A stretch of DNA of 64,000 nt from Elusimicrobia bacterium CG_4_9_14_3_um_filter_62_55 (GCA_002790095.1 PFUL01000189.1:5206-69205), one strand, 5' to 3'; shown: positions 45,615-55,954, counted from the first letter of the stretch. Numbers and translations are program-made. The notes: generated by a model not told the origin, from the sequence alone.

Positions 45615-47795
45615 ATGGGAATCGCCGAGACGAAGTTTATTGACGAAACGCTTTCCACGCTGCGAAGCGGAGCGTTCGCCGGGAACGGACGCGCTTTGGA
45701 GGGGAAGTCGACCATGGAAAATTACGGGACGCTGACGTTCGACAAGAAGGCGATGGCGCGGAACTTGAGCAAAGCCGTCTGCCGAAAACTCATCGCGGTC
45801 ATCGAGAACAACGAAAGACTAGACGCCGAGATCGCCGATGAAGTCGCTCACGGAATGAAGGAATGGGCGCTCGACCAAGGCGTTACCCATTTCTGCCACT
45901 GGTTCCAGCCGATGCGCGGCGTCACCGCCGAAAAGCACGACGCGTTTCTTTCCTTTGATGACCAAGGCCTGCCGATCGCCCGCTTTTCGGGCCGCCAGTT
46001 GATCCAGGGCGAACCCGACGCCTCGTCGTTTCCGTCCGGAGGAACACGCTCCACCTTCGAAGCGCGGGGATACACGGCGTGGGATCCGACCTCCGCCGCC
46101 TTCATCTTTAAAACCAAAAAGGCGTCGACCCTCGTAGTTCCCTCGGTGTTCCTGTCGTGGACCGGGAACGTCCTCGACATGAAGATGCCCCTACTGCGCG
46201 CGCTCAACACCGTTGAGGACCGCGCGTTCAAGCTGCTCAAGCTCTTCGGAAACCGAAGCGCGAAGTTCGTGCGCATGACCGTCGGCGCCGAACAGGAATA
46301 CTTCCTCGTCTCGAAGGACTTCTACGAGGCGCGTCCCGATCTCATGATCACGGGCCGGACGCTGTTTGGAAAATCCTCGGCCAAGGATCAGCAGATGGAA
46401 GACCACTATTTCGGCGCGATCAAGCCGAAGGTGCTCGACTTCATGGCCGATGTCGACGCGGCGCTGTTCGAACGCGGAATTCCGGCAAAAACCCGTCATA
46501 ACGAGGTTGCACCGAACCAGTTCGAAATCGCGCCTCTTTTCGAGGAAGCGAACATCGCCGTGGACCATAACCTCCAAGCGATGGAGATCATGCGAAAGAT
46601 CGCAGACGATCACGGCTTCGCCCTCCTGCTCCACGAAAAACCCTTCGCGGGGATCAACGGAAGCGGGAAGCATCTCAACTGGTCGCTGATGGACTCCGAA
46701 GGCAACAACCTGCTCGAACCGGGAGCGGCGCCGAAGCGGAACATCCAGTTCCTGACCTTCGTCGGCGCGATTCTCGCCGGAGTCGATAAATTCGGGGCGC
46801 TGCTGCGCAGTTCCGTCGCCGATGCGGGCAACGATTACCGGCTCGGAGCCAACGAAGCGCCTCCGGCGATCATGTCGCTCTACCTGGGGGATTATCTCGC
46901 GAATCTGTTCAACGAACTCGAGAAGGGAACCTCCATCTCAAAGTCGGTTCGCGAGGAAATCGATCACGGCTTGAAGCGTCTTCCAACCGTTCTGGCCGAC
47001 AATTCGGACCGGAATCGCACCTCGCCGATCGCCTTCACCGGAAACAAGTTCGAGTTCCGCGCCGTCGGGGCCTCCCAAAGCACATCGGAGCCCGCAGCCG
47101 TGACCGCCTTGATTCTGGCCTACGGAATCGACACCGTCCTCGAGAAGATCGATAAAGCCAAAGGCGAGGACATCACGGCGAAGGCCGTGGAAGCCGTCAA
47201 GCAGATCGCCAAAGAGACCGGGCGCGTGCGGTTCGAGGGGAACGGGTATTCCTCCGATTGGCAAAAGGAAGCCGCCAAGCGGAAGCTTCCGAACCTCCGG
47301 AACACTCCCGAGGCGCTTGAAGTATTGACGAGCGAGGAAGTCGTCGCTTTGTACAAGAGGTACGGCATTCTGACCGAGGAGGAACTGCACGCGAAGCAGG
47401 AGATCCGCCTCGAGGCCTACATCAAGACGAAGGTCATCGAACTGACCTTGCTCAAGGAAATGTCCCTCACCGGCGTTATTCCCGCGATGCTGCGCCACAC
47501 GAGCACCGTCGGAGACGCGGTCGAAGCCCTCGGTGCGGCGAGCAAGACGCTCAAAGGCCGATTGAAGAGTTACGGGGGCATCGTCGACGACCTCTATGCC
47601 GGCGTCGATAGAGTGACTGCGGTGTTGACGCGCCTCGAGAAGGAGGGGGGAACGCTCAAGCAGGCCCATTTCCTCGCGGGTCAAGGCGTTGAAACGGCTC
47701 TGGCGCTGCGCGCCGCCTGCGACCGGGCAGAAACCGTCGTTGAAGAAGGGGAGTGGCCGTTCCCGAACTACCGGGAGATGCTCTTCCTTCTCTAA
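45615..47795 (+). CDS. glnN: Glutamine synthetase type III
   Basis: Length of 726 aa and GSIII-specific N-terminal region plus catalytic domain motifs. AAGAGGA SD before the ATG. Confidence 0.85.
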   Translation: MGIAETKFIDETLSTLRSGAFAGNGRALEGKSTMENYGTLTFDKKAMARNLSKAVCRKLIAVIENNERLDAEIADEVAHGMKEWALDQGVTHFCHWFQPMRGVTAEKHDAFLSFDDQGLPIARFSGRQLIQGEPDASSFPSGGTRSTFEARGYTAWDPTSAAFIFKTKKASTLVVPSVFLSWTGNVLDMKMPLLRALNTVEDRAFKLLKLFGNRSAKFVRMTVGAEQEYFLVSKDFYEARPDLMITGRTLFGKSSAKDQQMEDHYFGAIKPKVLDFMADVDAALFERGIPAKTRHNEVAPNQFEIAPLFEEANIAVDHNLQAMEIMRKIADDHGFALLLHEKPFAGINGSGKHLNWSLMDSEGNNLLEPGAAPKRNIQFLTFVGAILAGVDKFGALLRSSVADAGNDYRLGANEAPPAIMSLYLGDYLANLFNELEKGTSISKSVREEIDHGLKRLPTVLADNSDRNRTSPIAFTGNKFEFRAVGASQSTSEPAAVTALILAYGIDTVLEKIDKAKGEDITAKAVEAVKQIAKETGRVRFEGNGYSSDWQKEAAKRKLPNLRNTPEALEVLTSEEVVALYKRYGILTEEELHAKQEIRLEAYIKTKVIELTLLKEMSLTGVIPAMLRHTSTVGDAVEALGAASKTLKGRLKSYGGIVDDLYAGVDRVTAVLTRLEKEGGTLKQAHFLAGQGVETALALRAACDRAETVVEEGEWPFPNYREMLFLL

Positions 47796-47804
47796 AAAAA
47801 TAAA

Positions 47805-49937
47805 ATGTCCCGCATGATCGACGCGGGATCGAAGGCCGGGGGGCCCGAGATTCGTACTCGGGCTCCCCGGTTCTTTTTCATCCTCCTGTTCGCGGCCGCG
47901 CCGACGGCGCCGGCGGCCGCGCCCGCGCGCGTAAAGACCTCCGAACAGGGCGTCGCCTTGTTTTACAGCGGGAAGCTTGAAGACGCCGCCCGGGCGTTCG
48001 ACGCGGCGATCCGTGAGAATTCCGACGATCTACTGTCGACGCTTGACGCCGCGATTGTGCGGCGCGATCTCGAAGAACATCATCGATCCCAGGAACTCTT
48101 CGAAGAGGCGGCCGCTCTCGACCCGGATAATCCGCATATCCAAGCCGCGCGCGGCTGGGCGTCGATGCGCGCCGGAAACCGCAACAGCGCACGCGGCGCG
48201 TTTTACGCCGCGCTGAAGCTTCAAGCGGACAACGAACAGGCGCTGCTCGGTCTTTCGCGTCTCAATTTGGACATGGGGAGGCCGAAATCCGCGCTGACCA
48301 CCCTCGAACATCTCCTCGATGTGCATCCGGAAAACACCATCGCCCAGGTTTTCCGCGCGCGCGCGAAGGAAGCGCTCGGTGACCCGAAAGGGGCCATCGC
48401 GGCGTACCAAGACGCCTACAAAAGCGACCCGACTTACACGGAAGCGCGTCTGCATCTCGGGCGCCTGTACCGGCAGGCGGGGAATGTCGACGCCGCGTGG
48501 ACCCAGTACGCCCGCATTCTCGCCGTCGACAGTCGGCACGAGGAGGCCAAACTCCGGGCCAAAGAACTCCGTCCCCGGCTGACGAAAAAGCCGTCTGAAC
48601 TCATCCCGGAGCGACGCATGAAGCGCTATCTTCCCGTCGTCCGCGCCGAACCCGCGGAGACGATGCCGGTGATCCGCGTGGGAATCGGCACGACGGCGGG
48701 GGGAAATCCGGCTGTTAAGGAGGCCGTCGCGTTCGTTTCCGACGGCCCGTTCGACGTCTTGGATCCTGAAACGGGAAAGATTCTGGCGAGCGCCCCGGCG
48801 AATAAGGTCTGGCAGGCCCGGCGCGCCCATCGACGCGGCGAATACGAATTGATCGACGACGCGGGCAAACGCGTTCTGAGCTTTTGGCGCGTGATCGCGC
48901 TGTCTGCGAAGGATCCGAAACGACACTCGATCATCGTGCAGCGCCTCGACCTCTCCCAAGGAACGGGTTGGGCCGCGCAGGGCGATCGCCAGTTGAAAGG
49001 CGTCATCGAAATCCGCGCCCGTGGGCGCGCGGGTCTGTATTTGGTCAACCAGGTTCCGCTCGAAGACTATGTTTACGGAGTCATCAACGAGGAAATGCCG
49101 GTCAAATTCGATCTCGAGGCGTTGAAAGCGCAAGCCGTCATCGCCCGCAATCACGCGCTGATCTCCAAGATGCAATACCGCTATCACCGGCGCCACGATT
49201 ACGATCTCTGCGACGGGCAGCACTGCCAGGTCTTCAGCGGCATCGGGGGGGAATCCGAGAAAGGCCGCCGGGCGGTCGACGCGACGCGCGGAGAGGTGCT
49301 GCGCTACCGGGGGCGTCTCGCTCAAACGCCGTACTCGTCGAACTGCGGGGGACACACGCAGGATTCCGGCGAGGTCGGCGGCGGCTGGCATGCAGCCCCC
49401 TACCTGCTCGGGCGCAAAGACGACAAGGAAGGCTCGGTCGAACGTAAAAGTCCGTGGGAACTCGAGCGCTGGCTCAAAAGCCGGCCAAAGGTCTACTGCA
49501 ACCTCCCCGGCTATTTGCACCCCGCGCAATTTCGGTGGTCCCGCGTGGTCTCGGCCAACGAGTTCGGAGACCGGGTCCGCTTTCGCGATGACGAACTCGG
49601 ACTCTGGCGAAAATTGCGCGTCCTCAAGCGCGCAAAATCCGGAAACGTGAACAAACTTAAGGTACAGGGAACCCGCTCGAGCCACGTCGTAGACAAAGAA
49701 ACGCGAATGCGCGGGATCTTCGGCCTCTCCTCGATCCGCGACACGATGTTCACCTTCGAAATCGAGCGAAACCGCAAGGGCGTCCCGACCGAAGTCTACC
49801 TCTACGGAGGAGGATGGGGTCACAACGTCGGGCTATGCCAATACGGCGCCTTAGGCCGCGCGCTTGAGGGCCAAACATACAAGGAAATCCTCGGCCATTA
49901 TTACGCGGGCACCGAGGTGGAATCGCTGGGTTACTGA
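47805..49937 (+). CDS. TPR-repeat protein with C-terminal SpoIID/LytB domain
   Basis: N-terminal signal peptide and TPR-like helices. C-terminal SpoIID/LytB signatures (NHALISK..., CGGHTQ, GHNVGLCQYGA). Confidence 0.75.
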   Translation: MSRMIDAGSKAGGPEIRTRAPRFFFILLFAAAPTAPAAAPARVKTSEQGVALFYSGKLEDAARAFDAAIRENSDDLLSTLDAAIVRRDLEEHHRSQELFEEAAALDPDNPHIQAARGWASMRAGNRNSARGAFYAALKLQADNEQALLGLSRLNLDMGRPKSALTTLEHLLDVHPENTIAQVFRARAKEALGDPKGAIAAYQDAYKSDPTYTEARLHLGRLYRQAGNVDAAWTQYARILAVDSRHEEAKLRAKELRPRLTKKPSELIPERRMKRYLPVVRAEPAETMPVIRVGIGTTAGGNPAVKEAVAFVSDGPFDVLDPETGKILASAPANKVWQARRAHRRGEYELIDDAGKRVLSFWRVIALSAKDPKRHSIIVQRLDLSQGTGWAAQGDRQLKGVIEIRARGRAGLYLVNQVPLEDYVYGVINEEMPVKFDLEALKAQAVIARNHALISKMQYRYHRRHDYDLCDGQHCQVFSGIGGESEKGRRAVDATRGEVLRYRGRLAQTPYSSNCGGHTQDSGEVGGGWHAAPYLLGRKDDKEGSVERKSPWELERWLKSRPKVYCNLPGYLHPAQFRWSRVVSANEFGDRVRFRDDELGLWRKLRVLKRAKSGNVNKLKVQGTRSSHVVDKETRMRGIFGLSSIRDTMFTFEIERNRKGVPTEVYLYGGGWGHNVGLCQYGALGRALEGQTYKEILGHYYAGTEVESLGY

Positions 49938-49938
49938 A

Positions 49939-50115
49939 GCTAGGCCGGCCCCCCTTTAACCCCGGTGAAGGCCGGCACAGCGGGGCTTGCGCCCCGCTAG
50001 GCCGGCCCCCTTTTAACCCCGGTGAAGGCCGGCACAGCGGGGCTTGCGCCCCGCTAGGCCGGCCCCCTTTTAACCCCGGTGAAGGCCGGCACAGCGGGGC
50101 TTGCGCCCCGCTAGG
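49939..50115. repeat. 59-bp tandem repeat x3 with internal GC hairpins, between convergent genes
   Basis: The unit ctaggccggcccccttttaaccccggtgaaggccggcacagcggggcttgcgccccg repeats head-to-tail. Each unit contains GCGGGGC-TTGC-GCCCCGC. Confidence 0.85.
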
Positions 50116-50713
50116 GACTGAGGCGGGAGCAGTTCCAGTCCGCGCCGTCCCGCACGAACTCGAAACGGTCGTGGAGGCGGAACTCGCAATCCTGCCAAAA
50201 TTCGATGCGGATCGGAAAGATCCGGTAGCCGCCCCAATGCGGAGGCCTCGGAACGGGGTCCTGGAATTTCGCTTCCATCTCGGCGTGCTTTCGCTCCAAG
50301 GCGGGACGGTCTTCGACCGGAGCACTTTGCTCCGACGCCCATGCCGAGATCTTCGAGCCCCGCGGGCGCGTCGAAAAATAGGCGTCGGACTCTTCCGAGG
50401 AAACCTTGACGACGTCGCCGACGACGCGCACCTGACGCCCGAGCGCGGGCCAATGGAAGGTCAATCCCGCTCTCGGTGCGGCGTCCAGCGCGCGGCCCTT
50501 CGGAGACCGGTAATTCGTATAGAAAACGAACCCGCGCGCGTCGTAGAATTTCAAGAGAACGATGCGTCCATCGGGATAACCGTCCGCGCCGAGCGTGGAG
50601 AGACAACAGGACTCCGGAACCCGCTGCTTGGCGTGTTCCTCGGCGTCCTTCATCCACCGGTCGAACTGGGCGATCGGGTCCGCGAGAAGGGATTCGTCCG
50701 TAAGCCGTTCCAC
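50111..50713 (-). CDS. pdxH: Pyridoxamine 5'-phosphate oxidase
   Basis: PNPOx family signature (RIVLLKFYDARGFVFYTNYRSPKG...WGGYRIFPIRIEFWQ). Confidence 0.85.
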   Translation of the reverse strand: MERLTDESLLADPIAQFDRWMKDAEEHAKQRVPESCCLSTLGADGYPDGRIVLLKFYDARGFVFYTNYRSPKGRALDAAPRAGLTFHWPALGRQVRVVGDVVKVSSEESDAYFSTRPRGSKISAWASEQSAPVEDRPALERKHAEMEAKFQDPVPRPPHWGGYRIFPIRIEFWQDCEFRLHDRFEFVRDGADWNCSRLSP

Positions 50714-50729
50714 ACCCGCAGTTTACTAA

Positions 50730-52136
50730 TTACGCGACCGGCGGTCCCGTCGGTCCGTCGGGTCCGGCCCACTGAACGGCCGTGTCCTTCGCGACCTCGT
50801 CGCCCTTCGCCGCTGCGGCGTTTCCCTCGGCCGCCGTGTAGGAAATGACCGCGAGTGCGCCGCCGACCGCCGCGAGCAGACCTCCCTGCATCGCCTGCCC
50901 CTTGGTGAGAATCATCGCCCCGATGCCGGCGACGACGCCGGAAACCGCGAGCGCGCCGTAGGCCAGCATCTTCGCCGCGCCTTTGGTCGCGGGATTCTGC
51001 CCGGTCAGGAACGCGCCGAGAAGAAGCAGCGAGGCGATCGGAAGCAATATCATCGCGGCGTCGATCATGTCTTGATTCGGAGTCGCATTGCGGCCCTTTC
51101 CAACGGAAGGGGCCTCCGCTCCCTCCGAAGGCGCGGAGGCGTTCGCCCCGGCGGCGTTCAGCGGACCCCCCTCGCCGAGGCCGCCATCATCGTAAACCTG
51201 GCCTCCGCCCTCGATCGCGTTGCCGGAAGCGCCGGATCCCGAAAGGCCCTGTCCGACGGAACCCGCGCCATCCCATTGGGAATTGTGCGTCGCCGCCGTC
51301 GTGGCGGATCCCGCCGTGCCGGCGGCCTTCATCGCCTTATTCATCGACCGGAGTTGTTTCGCGGCGCCCTGAACGCCTCCCTTGCGAGTCGAGCGAGAAC
51401 CGGACATCGCCCGACCGTCCGCGCGCCGGCCGCCCGTCGTTCGAGCCGCGCGTAGACGATCCTGCGGGGCGGGGGAGGGGGCGGCCCGGGGCTTCTGAAG
51501 GGGGACGTCGAAACCGCGATTGAATCCTCCCGAAAGGCCGCCGGCGCCGCCCAAAGAGGGGCGATCGAGGGCTTTCGCCGATTTCTTCGCGGTCTTCTTG
51601 CCGCCTTCGTCCGCGGAGTCGTCTTTATCCGCCGGGCCGGCGAAGGGCTCCACCGCCTTCAACACGTCGGTCCTGCCGGGAGAAGCGGATGCCTTGCCGG
51701 CTCGTTCCGCGCGCTCTTCGGGGGTTTCTTCGTAAGCGCCCGCCTCGGGCCCCGCCGACGGCGCGTCCGCTGCATCGGGGATTGCAGGCGCTCGATTGCG
51801 CAGGCGAAACATCTCCAGCGCGTTCGGACCGCTCGCGGAGGCGCCCGGAAGCCCCTCGATCAACTTCGGATTATACGAACCGCGGCCCGTGCGAACCTTC
51901 GCCTCGACCGTCGACTTCGCGAGGGCGGCGTCGCTTTCCTTCTCCCGGCGGGAGATATCCGACCATCCGATCGCCGAGATCACCATCGCCGCGGTCAAAG
52001 TCGACGCGACCACGGGAGTGGAAGTCATAAATCCTTGAAAGAGCGCGAACCCCGACTTCGAGGCCGCCGCGCGGGGAGCACCGGCCGCGATCGCGGCGGC
52101 CCGGCCCCGGTCCTCCTCGCGAGAGTCGTCGTTCAT
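50730..52136 (-). CDS. Low-complexity hypothetical protein with C-terminal Gly/Ala-rich hydrophobic segments
   Basis: 468 aa, Ala/Gly/Ser/Pro-rich disordered body. C-terminal TM-like segments (LLPIASLLLLGAFL, AYGALAVSGVVAGIGAMIL). Confidence 0.4.
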   Translation of the reverse strand: MNDDSREEDRGRAAAIAAGAPRAAASKSGFALFQGFMTSTPVVASTLTAAMVISAIGWSDISRREKESDAALAKSTVEAKVRTGRGSYNPKLIEGLPGASASGPNALEMFRLRNRAPAIPDAADAPSAGPEAGAYEETPEERAERAGKASASPGRTDVLKAVEPFAGPADKDDSADEGGKKTAKKSAKALDRPSLGGAGGLSGGFNRGFDVPLQKPRAAPSPAPQDRLRAARTTGGRRADGRAMSGSRSTRKGGVQGAAKQLRSMNKAMKAAGTAGSATTAATHNSQWDGAGSVGQGLSGSGASGNAIEGGGQVYDDGGLGEGGPLNAAGANASAPSEGAEAPSVGKGRNATPNQDMIDAAMILLPIASLLLLGAFLTGQNPATKGAAKMLAYGALAVSGVVAGIGAMILTKGQAMQGGLLAAVGGALAVISYTAAEGNAAAAKGDEVAKDTAVQWAGPDGPTGPPVA

Positions 52137-52139
52137 CGC

Positions 52140-53363
52140 TTACTCTCCTCCCCCTTGGGTCGCGAGCAGCGCGCCGAGTCCGGCCAACGACGCCCCCTGC
52201 ACCGTCTGCCCGGTGGCCATCATCCCGACTCCTGAAAGGCCCAGAAGATTTCCGGCCTGCGCGTTGCCCAGCGCGGCGGCGCCGGCGGCGTCCGGAGGAA
52301 GATCCGACGCGTTCAGCCCGGTCGAATTAAGAAGCACGGAAGAGGCGAGCGGCAGCAGGCCGCCGGAGGTTTCGGGGGCGTACTCTTCCTCGGGCGTCTC
52401 GTCGGTCGTGAAGGTTCGCCCCGAACCCTTCAATTCCTTTTCCCGCTTCACGGCGGCGGCCGTCGCGAGGGGTCCGCCCTCGCCCTCGTCGACGATCGGA
52501 TCGGGACGGGTTCTGCGTCCGATCTTATAATCGCGAACGGAACTCTCCCCGACGGAAGTTTTCGTCGCCAACTTCCAATTGGTGTAGCTGGCGGCTTCCC
52601 ACATCTTCTTGTGCACCGAACCGGCGGACTCCGCGCGTCGGCCGGCGGCGCCCTTCATCGCAAGGTCCATCGCCTTCAGAGAGTCGAGCGCGCCGCTCTG
52701 AGCGATCTCGACCTTCGTCCCTCCCTTTCCATTCTTCCAGCCCCACCCCCGCATAATCGATTTCGTCCCGTGTTCGCGCGCGTTCATTCCTCCGATTCCG
52801 AGGCCGTCGCCCGAACCGCCCGCGCCGGATCGCCGTCTCGCCGCGCCCGAGGCTTCTTCCACCTCGCGTCCGACGATCCCGGGCGCCGTCGGGTCGCCCT
52901 CATCGCCCTGAGAATTCCCGGCGGATAGACGGGCGGAAGACCGCTCAGCGGGACGGTCGTCGGACTTCAGACCGCCCCACGCCTTCGCACCGTGCTTAAG
53001 TTTTTCGGTGCTTGCCATGCCGACGACGCCGGAGGATTCTGGGGGAAGGGAGGGAGGGGGACGTTCCCCGAGCCCGAAGGGATCGTCCGGATCGACCTCC
53101 GGCTGGCCGGACGGCGAAGACGCAACGCGTCCGCCCGCCATTTCGTCGCGCGTCACGTCGAGGCGCGGATCCCCGAGGGCGGGGCGACGCAGGAAGTCCC
53201 TCGCGAGCAGAAAGACGAGCATGACAACCGCCGTGACGAACGCGACGCGAAACGGCAGGGAGCCGACGACGCGATCGAACCAGAGAAAAAAACCACCGCC
53301 TCGGCGTTCATCCTCATCGTCGCGGCCGGGTGGAAGCGGAATTTGGAGCTGCGGTTCGCTCAT
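52140..53363 (-). CDS. Low-complexity hypothetical protein, N-terminal TM anchor, Gly/Ala-rich C-terminus
   Basis: 407 aa. TM segment VAFVTAVVMLVFLL. Disordered acidic/Gly-rich body. Separated from the downstream gene by 3 nt. Confidence 0.4.
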   Translation of the reverse strand: MSEPQLQIPLPPGRDDEDERRGGGFFLWFDRVVGSLPFRVAFVTAVVMLVFLLARDFLRRPALGDPRLDVTRDEMAGGRVASSPSGQPEVDPDDPFGLGERPPPSLPPESSGVVGMASTEKLKHGAKAWGGLKSDDRPAERSSARLSAGNSQGDEGDPTAPGIVGREVEEASGAARRRSGAGGSGDGLGIGGMNAREHGTKSIMRGWGWKNGKGGTKVEIAQSGALDSLKAMDLAMKGAAGRRAESAGSVHKKMWEAASYTNWKLATKTSVGESSVRDYKIGRRTRPDPIVDEGEGGPLATAAAVKREKELKGSGRTFTTDETPEEEYAPETSGGLLPLASSVLLNSTGLNASDLPPDAAGAAALGNAQAGNLLGLSGVGMMATGQTVQGASLAGLGALLATQGGGE

Positions 53364-53441
53364 AAGCGTCCCGGTGCGGGACGCTTATAGTGTAGGCCGC
53401 GGCTGGATAAATTCAAGGGCCCGGAGAGAATTCGGATCCCT

Positions 53442-54326
53442 TTATTTATAAGGGTTTTCAAGCGCCATATCGGCGACGCCCGCCTCGATCGTGCGCGGGC
53501 GGAATCCGATCAGAGAATAGAGCCGCTCGCTCTTGAGCGTGCAGTCCGGCGCTGCGCGCACGCCCGCCTCGGCCATTGTTTTCGCCTCGACCAAAGAATC
53601 ATCGAGACCCAGCGCAGAACAAAACTCCCGACCGAAGCGCACCCGGCTGACGCTCTCGGGGCCCCCGCAATGCAGCAGCCGCCCGCCGGCCTCCGGCCAC
53701 TCGCGCAGCGCGAGCAACCGCGCCAAAATCTCGGCGGCGTCCTTCATGTACAGGGCGGAGCGGAACTGATCGGAAAAGAGCGTCATCGGTTCTCCCCGGC
53801 GCAAACTCCGATACAGCGAATCGCAGAACATCGAGTGGCCCGTCGGCTTCCATCCGTAGCCGAGCGCCAACCGCAGCGTCATCGCGGGGGCCGTCCGGGC
53901 GAGAACGGCGCGCTCCCCGTCCACCTTCAGGCGAGAATACACGCAAGAGGGTGCCGGAGGATCCTCTTCCCGATACGGCGGGTGCTTTCCATCGAATACG
54001 AGATCGGTCGAGAAGAAGATCAGACGGAGCGCCGACGCGCACAACCACTGCGTTGCGCCGGCGTTGACGCGCTCGGCGCGTTCAGGATCAGCCTCGCAGT
54101 CCGAAGGACGCGACATCGCCGCGGCGTGGACGACGCAGTCGGGCCGCTCTCGCTCGAGCAAGCGGGCCCGCGCCGCGGCATCCTCTAGATCGAGACGGAC
54201 GAGTCGAACGCCATCTAGCGGGACGTCGTTGTTCAGATACGTTCCGACGACTTCGTGTTCCCGAGCCAGGCGGGGGGCGGCGTAGCGCCCTAAGAACCCG
54301 CCGGCTCCGGTGAACAGAATCTTCAA
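53442..54326 (-). CDS. NAD(P)-dependent sugar epimerase/reductase (dTDP-4-dehydrorhamnose reductase-like SDR)
   Basis: MKILFTGAGGFLGR Rossmann motif with an extended-SDR layout and YxxxK-like catalytic region. Confidence 0.6.
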   Translation of the reverse strand: MKILFTGAGGFLGRYAAPRLAREHEVVGTYLNNDVPLDGVRLVRLDLEDAAARARLLERERPDCVVHAAAMSRPSDCEADPERAERVNAGATQWLCASALRLIFFSTDLVFDGKHPPYREEDPPAPSCVYSRLKVDGERAVLARTAPAMTLRLALGYGWKPTGHSMFCDSLYRSLRRGEPMTLFSDQFRSALYMKDAAEILARLLALREWPEAGGRLLHCGGPESVSRVRFGREFCSALGLDDSLVEAKTMAEAGVRAAPDCTLKSERLYSLIGFRPRTIEAGVADMALENPYK

Positions 54327-55954
54327 TTCCCGTTCATGAACGGATACGGGAAGTCGGCCGGAGGCACGAACAGTTCCTTCGTCGTCCGCGTCGAAACCCA
54401 GCGGATCAGGTTCAAGAAGCTGCCGGCCTTGTCGTTGGTTCCCGACGCGCGCGAACCGCCGAACGGCTGCTGACCGACGACGGCGCCGGTCGGCTTGTCG
54501 TTGATGTAGAAATTCCCGGCCGCGTGAATCAACGCGTCGCTTGCCTGGCGGATCGCCGCGCGATCGCGCGCAAGCACCGCCCCGGTCAGCGCGTAGGGGG
54601 AGGTCTTATCACAGATCTTCAACGTTTCCGCGAATTTCTTCTCCGGATAGATGTAAAGGGTAAGCACCGGGCCGAACAACTCCTCGCGCATCGTGATGAA
54701 GTCCGGTTTCGAAGCCTTGATCACAGTGGGCTCGATGAACCAGCCCTTCTTGTCCGACGCCTTGCCGCCGAACACGAACGACGCCCCGTTTCGTGGCTTC
54801 ACGTGCGGGAAATAACCCGTGATGCTGTCGTAGGCCGCCTTGTCGATCACCGCGTTCATGAAATTACGGAAATCCTCCGGAGATCCCATCTTCACGCGCC
54901 CCAGTTGCTCTTCCATCTTCTTCTTGAGCTTCGGCCACTGCGATTGCGGGATATAGGCGCGGGAGGCCGCCGAGCATTTCTGTCCCTGATACTCGAACGC
55001 GCCGCGCGTCAGCGCCGTCGCGGCGCAATCGAGATCGGCGGACGCGTGCATGAACACGAAATCCTTGCCGCCGGTCTCGCCCACCAGGCGCGGGTAGGTT
55101 TTATACTTCGCGATATTTTCCCCGATACGCTTCCACATCCATTGGAAGACCCCGGTCGAACCGGTGAAGTGAACGCCGGCGAGGTCGGGATGATCGATGA
55201 CGGCCGTGCCGATCTCGGAAGAGTTTCCGGTGACCATGTTGATCACGCCGTCCGGAAGGCCCGCCGCGTGGAGCAGTTCCATAATGAAATGCGCCGCGAA
55301 CATCGTCGTCCGGCACGGCTTCCAAACCACCGCATTGCCCATCAGCGCGGGCGCCGTCGGCAGGTTTCCCGAAATCGACGTAAAATTGAACGGCGAAACC
55401 GCGAACACGAATCCCTCGAGCGGGCGGTATTCGACGCGGTTCCACATGCCCGGTAAGGAGCCCGGCTGGTTCTCGTAAATGTCCTGCGCGTACTTGACGT
55501 TGAAGCGCCAGAAATCGACCAACTCGCACACCGCGTCGATCTCGGCCTGATAGGCGTTCTTGGAAAGCGTGTGCATCGCCGCCGCATTGAACACCTGACG
55601 CCACGGACCCGCGAGCAGTTCGGCCGCGCGAAGGAACACCGCGGCTCGATCATGAAACGGGGTCGCCGCCCAGGACTTGCGCGCCTTCAGCGCGGCCTTA
55701 ATCGCGTCCAGGGCGTGCTTCTTCGTCCCGACATGGAACCGCCCGAGTTTCTTGGAGTGATCGTGGGGGGACCGGCATTCCTCGACCTTGCCGGTGCGCA
55801 CCGCCTTGCCGTCGATCACCATCGGGATGTCGGGCTGGAGGGAGGCCAGTTCCTTGAACTTCGCCTTAAGCGCCTCTCGCTCGGGTGTTCCCGGAGCGTA
55901 GCTCTTGATCGGCTCGTTGGTCGGTTGCGGAACCCGGAAAATCGCGTTGGACAT
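54323..55954 (-). CDS. L-glutamate gamma-semialdehyde (1-pyrroline-5-carboxylate) dehydrogenase
   Basis: ALDH superfamily catalytic Cys (EYQGQKCSAASR) and Glu (LVGETGGKD); PruA/RocA-like length of 543 aa. Confidence 0.85.
   Translation of the reverse strand: MSNAIFRVPQPTNEPIKSYAPGTPEREALKAKFKELASLQPDIPMVIDGKAVRTGKVEECRSPHDHSKKLGRFHVGTKKHALDAIKAALKARKSWAATPFHDRAAVFLRAAELLAGPWRQVFNAAAMHTLSKNAYQAEIDAVCELVDFWRFNVKYAQDIYENQPGSLPGMWNRVEYRPLEGFVFAVSPFNFTSISGNLPTAPALMGNAVVWKPCRTTMFAAHFIMELLHAAGLPDGVINMVTGNSSEIGTAVIDHPDLAGVHFTGSTGVFQWMWKRIGENIAKYKTYPRLVGETGGKDFVFMHASADLDCAATALTRGAFEYQGQKCSAASRAYIPQSQWPKLKKKMEEQLGRVKMGSPEDFRNFMNAVIDKAAYDSITGYFPHVKPRNGASFVFGGKASDKKGWFIEPTVIKASKPDFITMREELFGPVLTLYIYPEKKFAETLKICDKTSPYALTGAVLARDRAAIRQASDALIHAAGNFYINDKPTGAVVGQQPFGGSRASGTNDKAGSFLNLIRWVSTRTTKELFVPPADFPYPFMNGN

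Noticed and set aside
49750-50325. ORF reading through the 59-bp tandem repeat (GAQAPLCRPSPGLKGGRPS x3)
   Set aside because: The periodic translation is an artefact of the DNA repeat. It is antisense to pdxH and has no start context.
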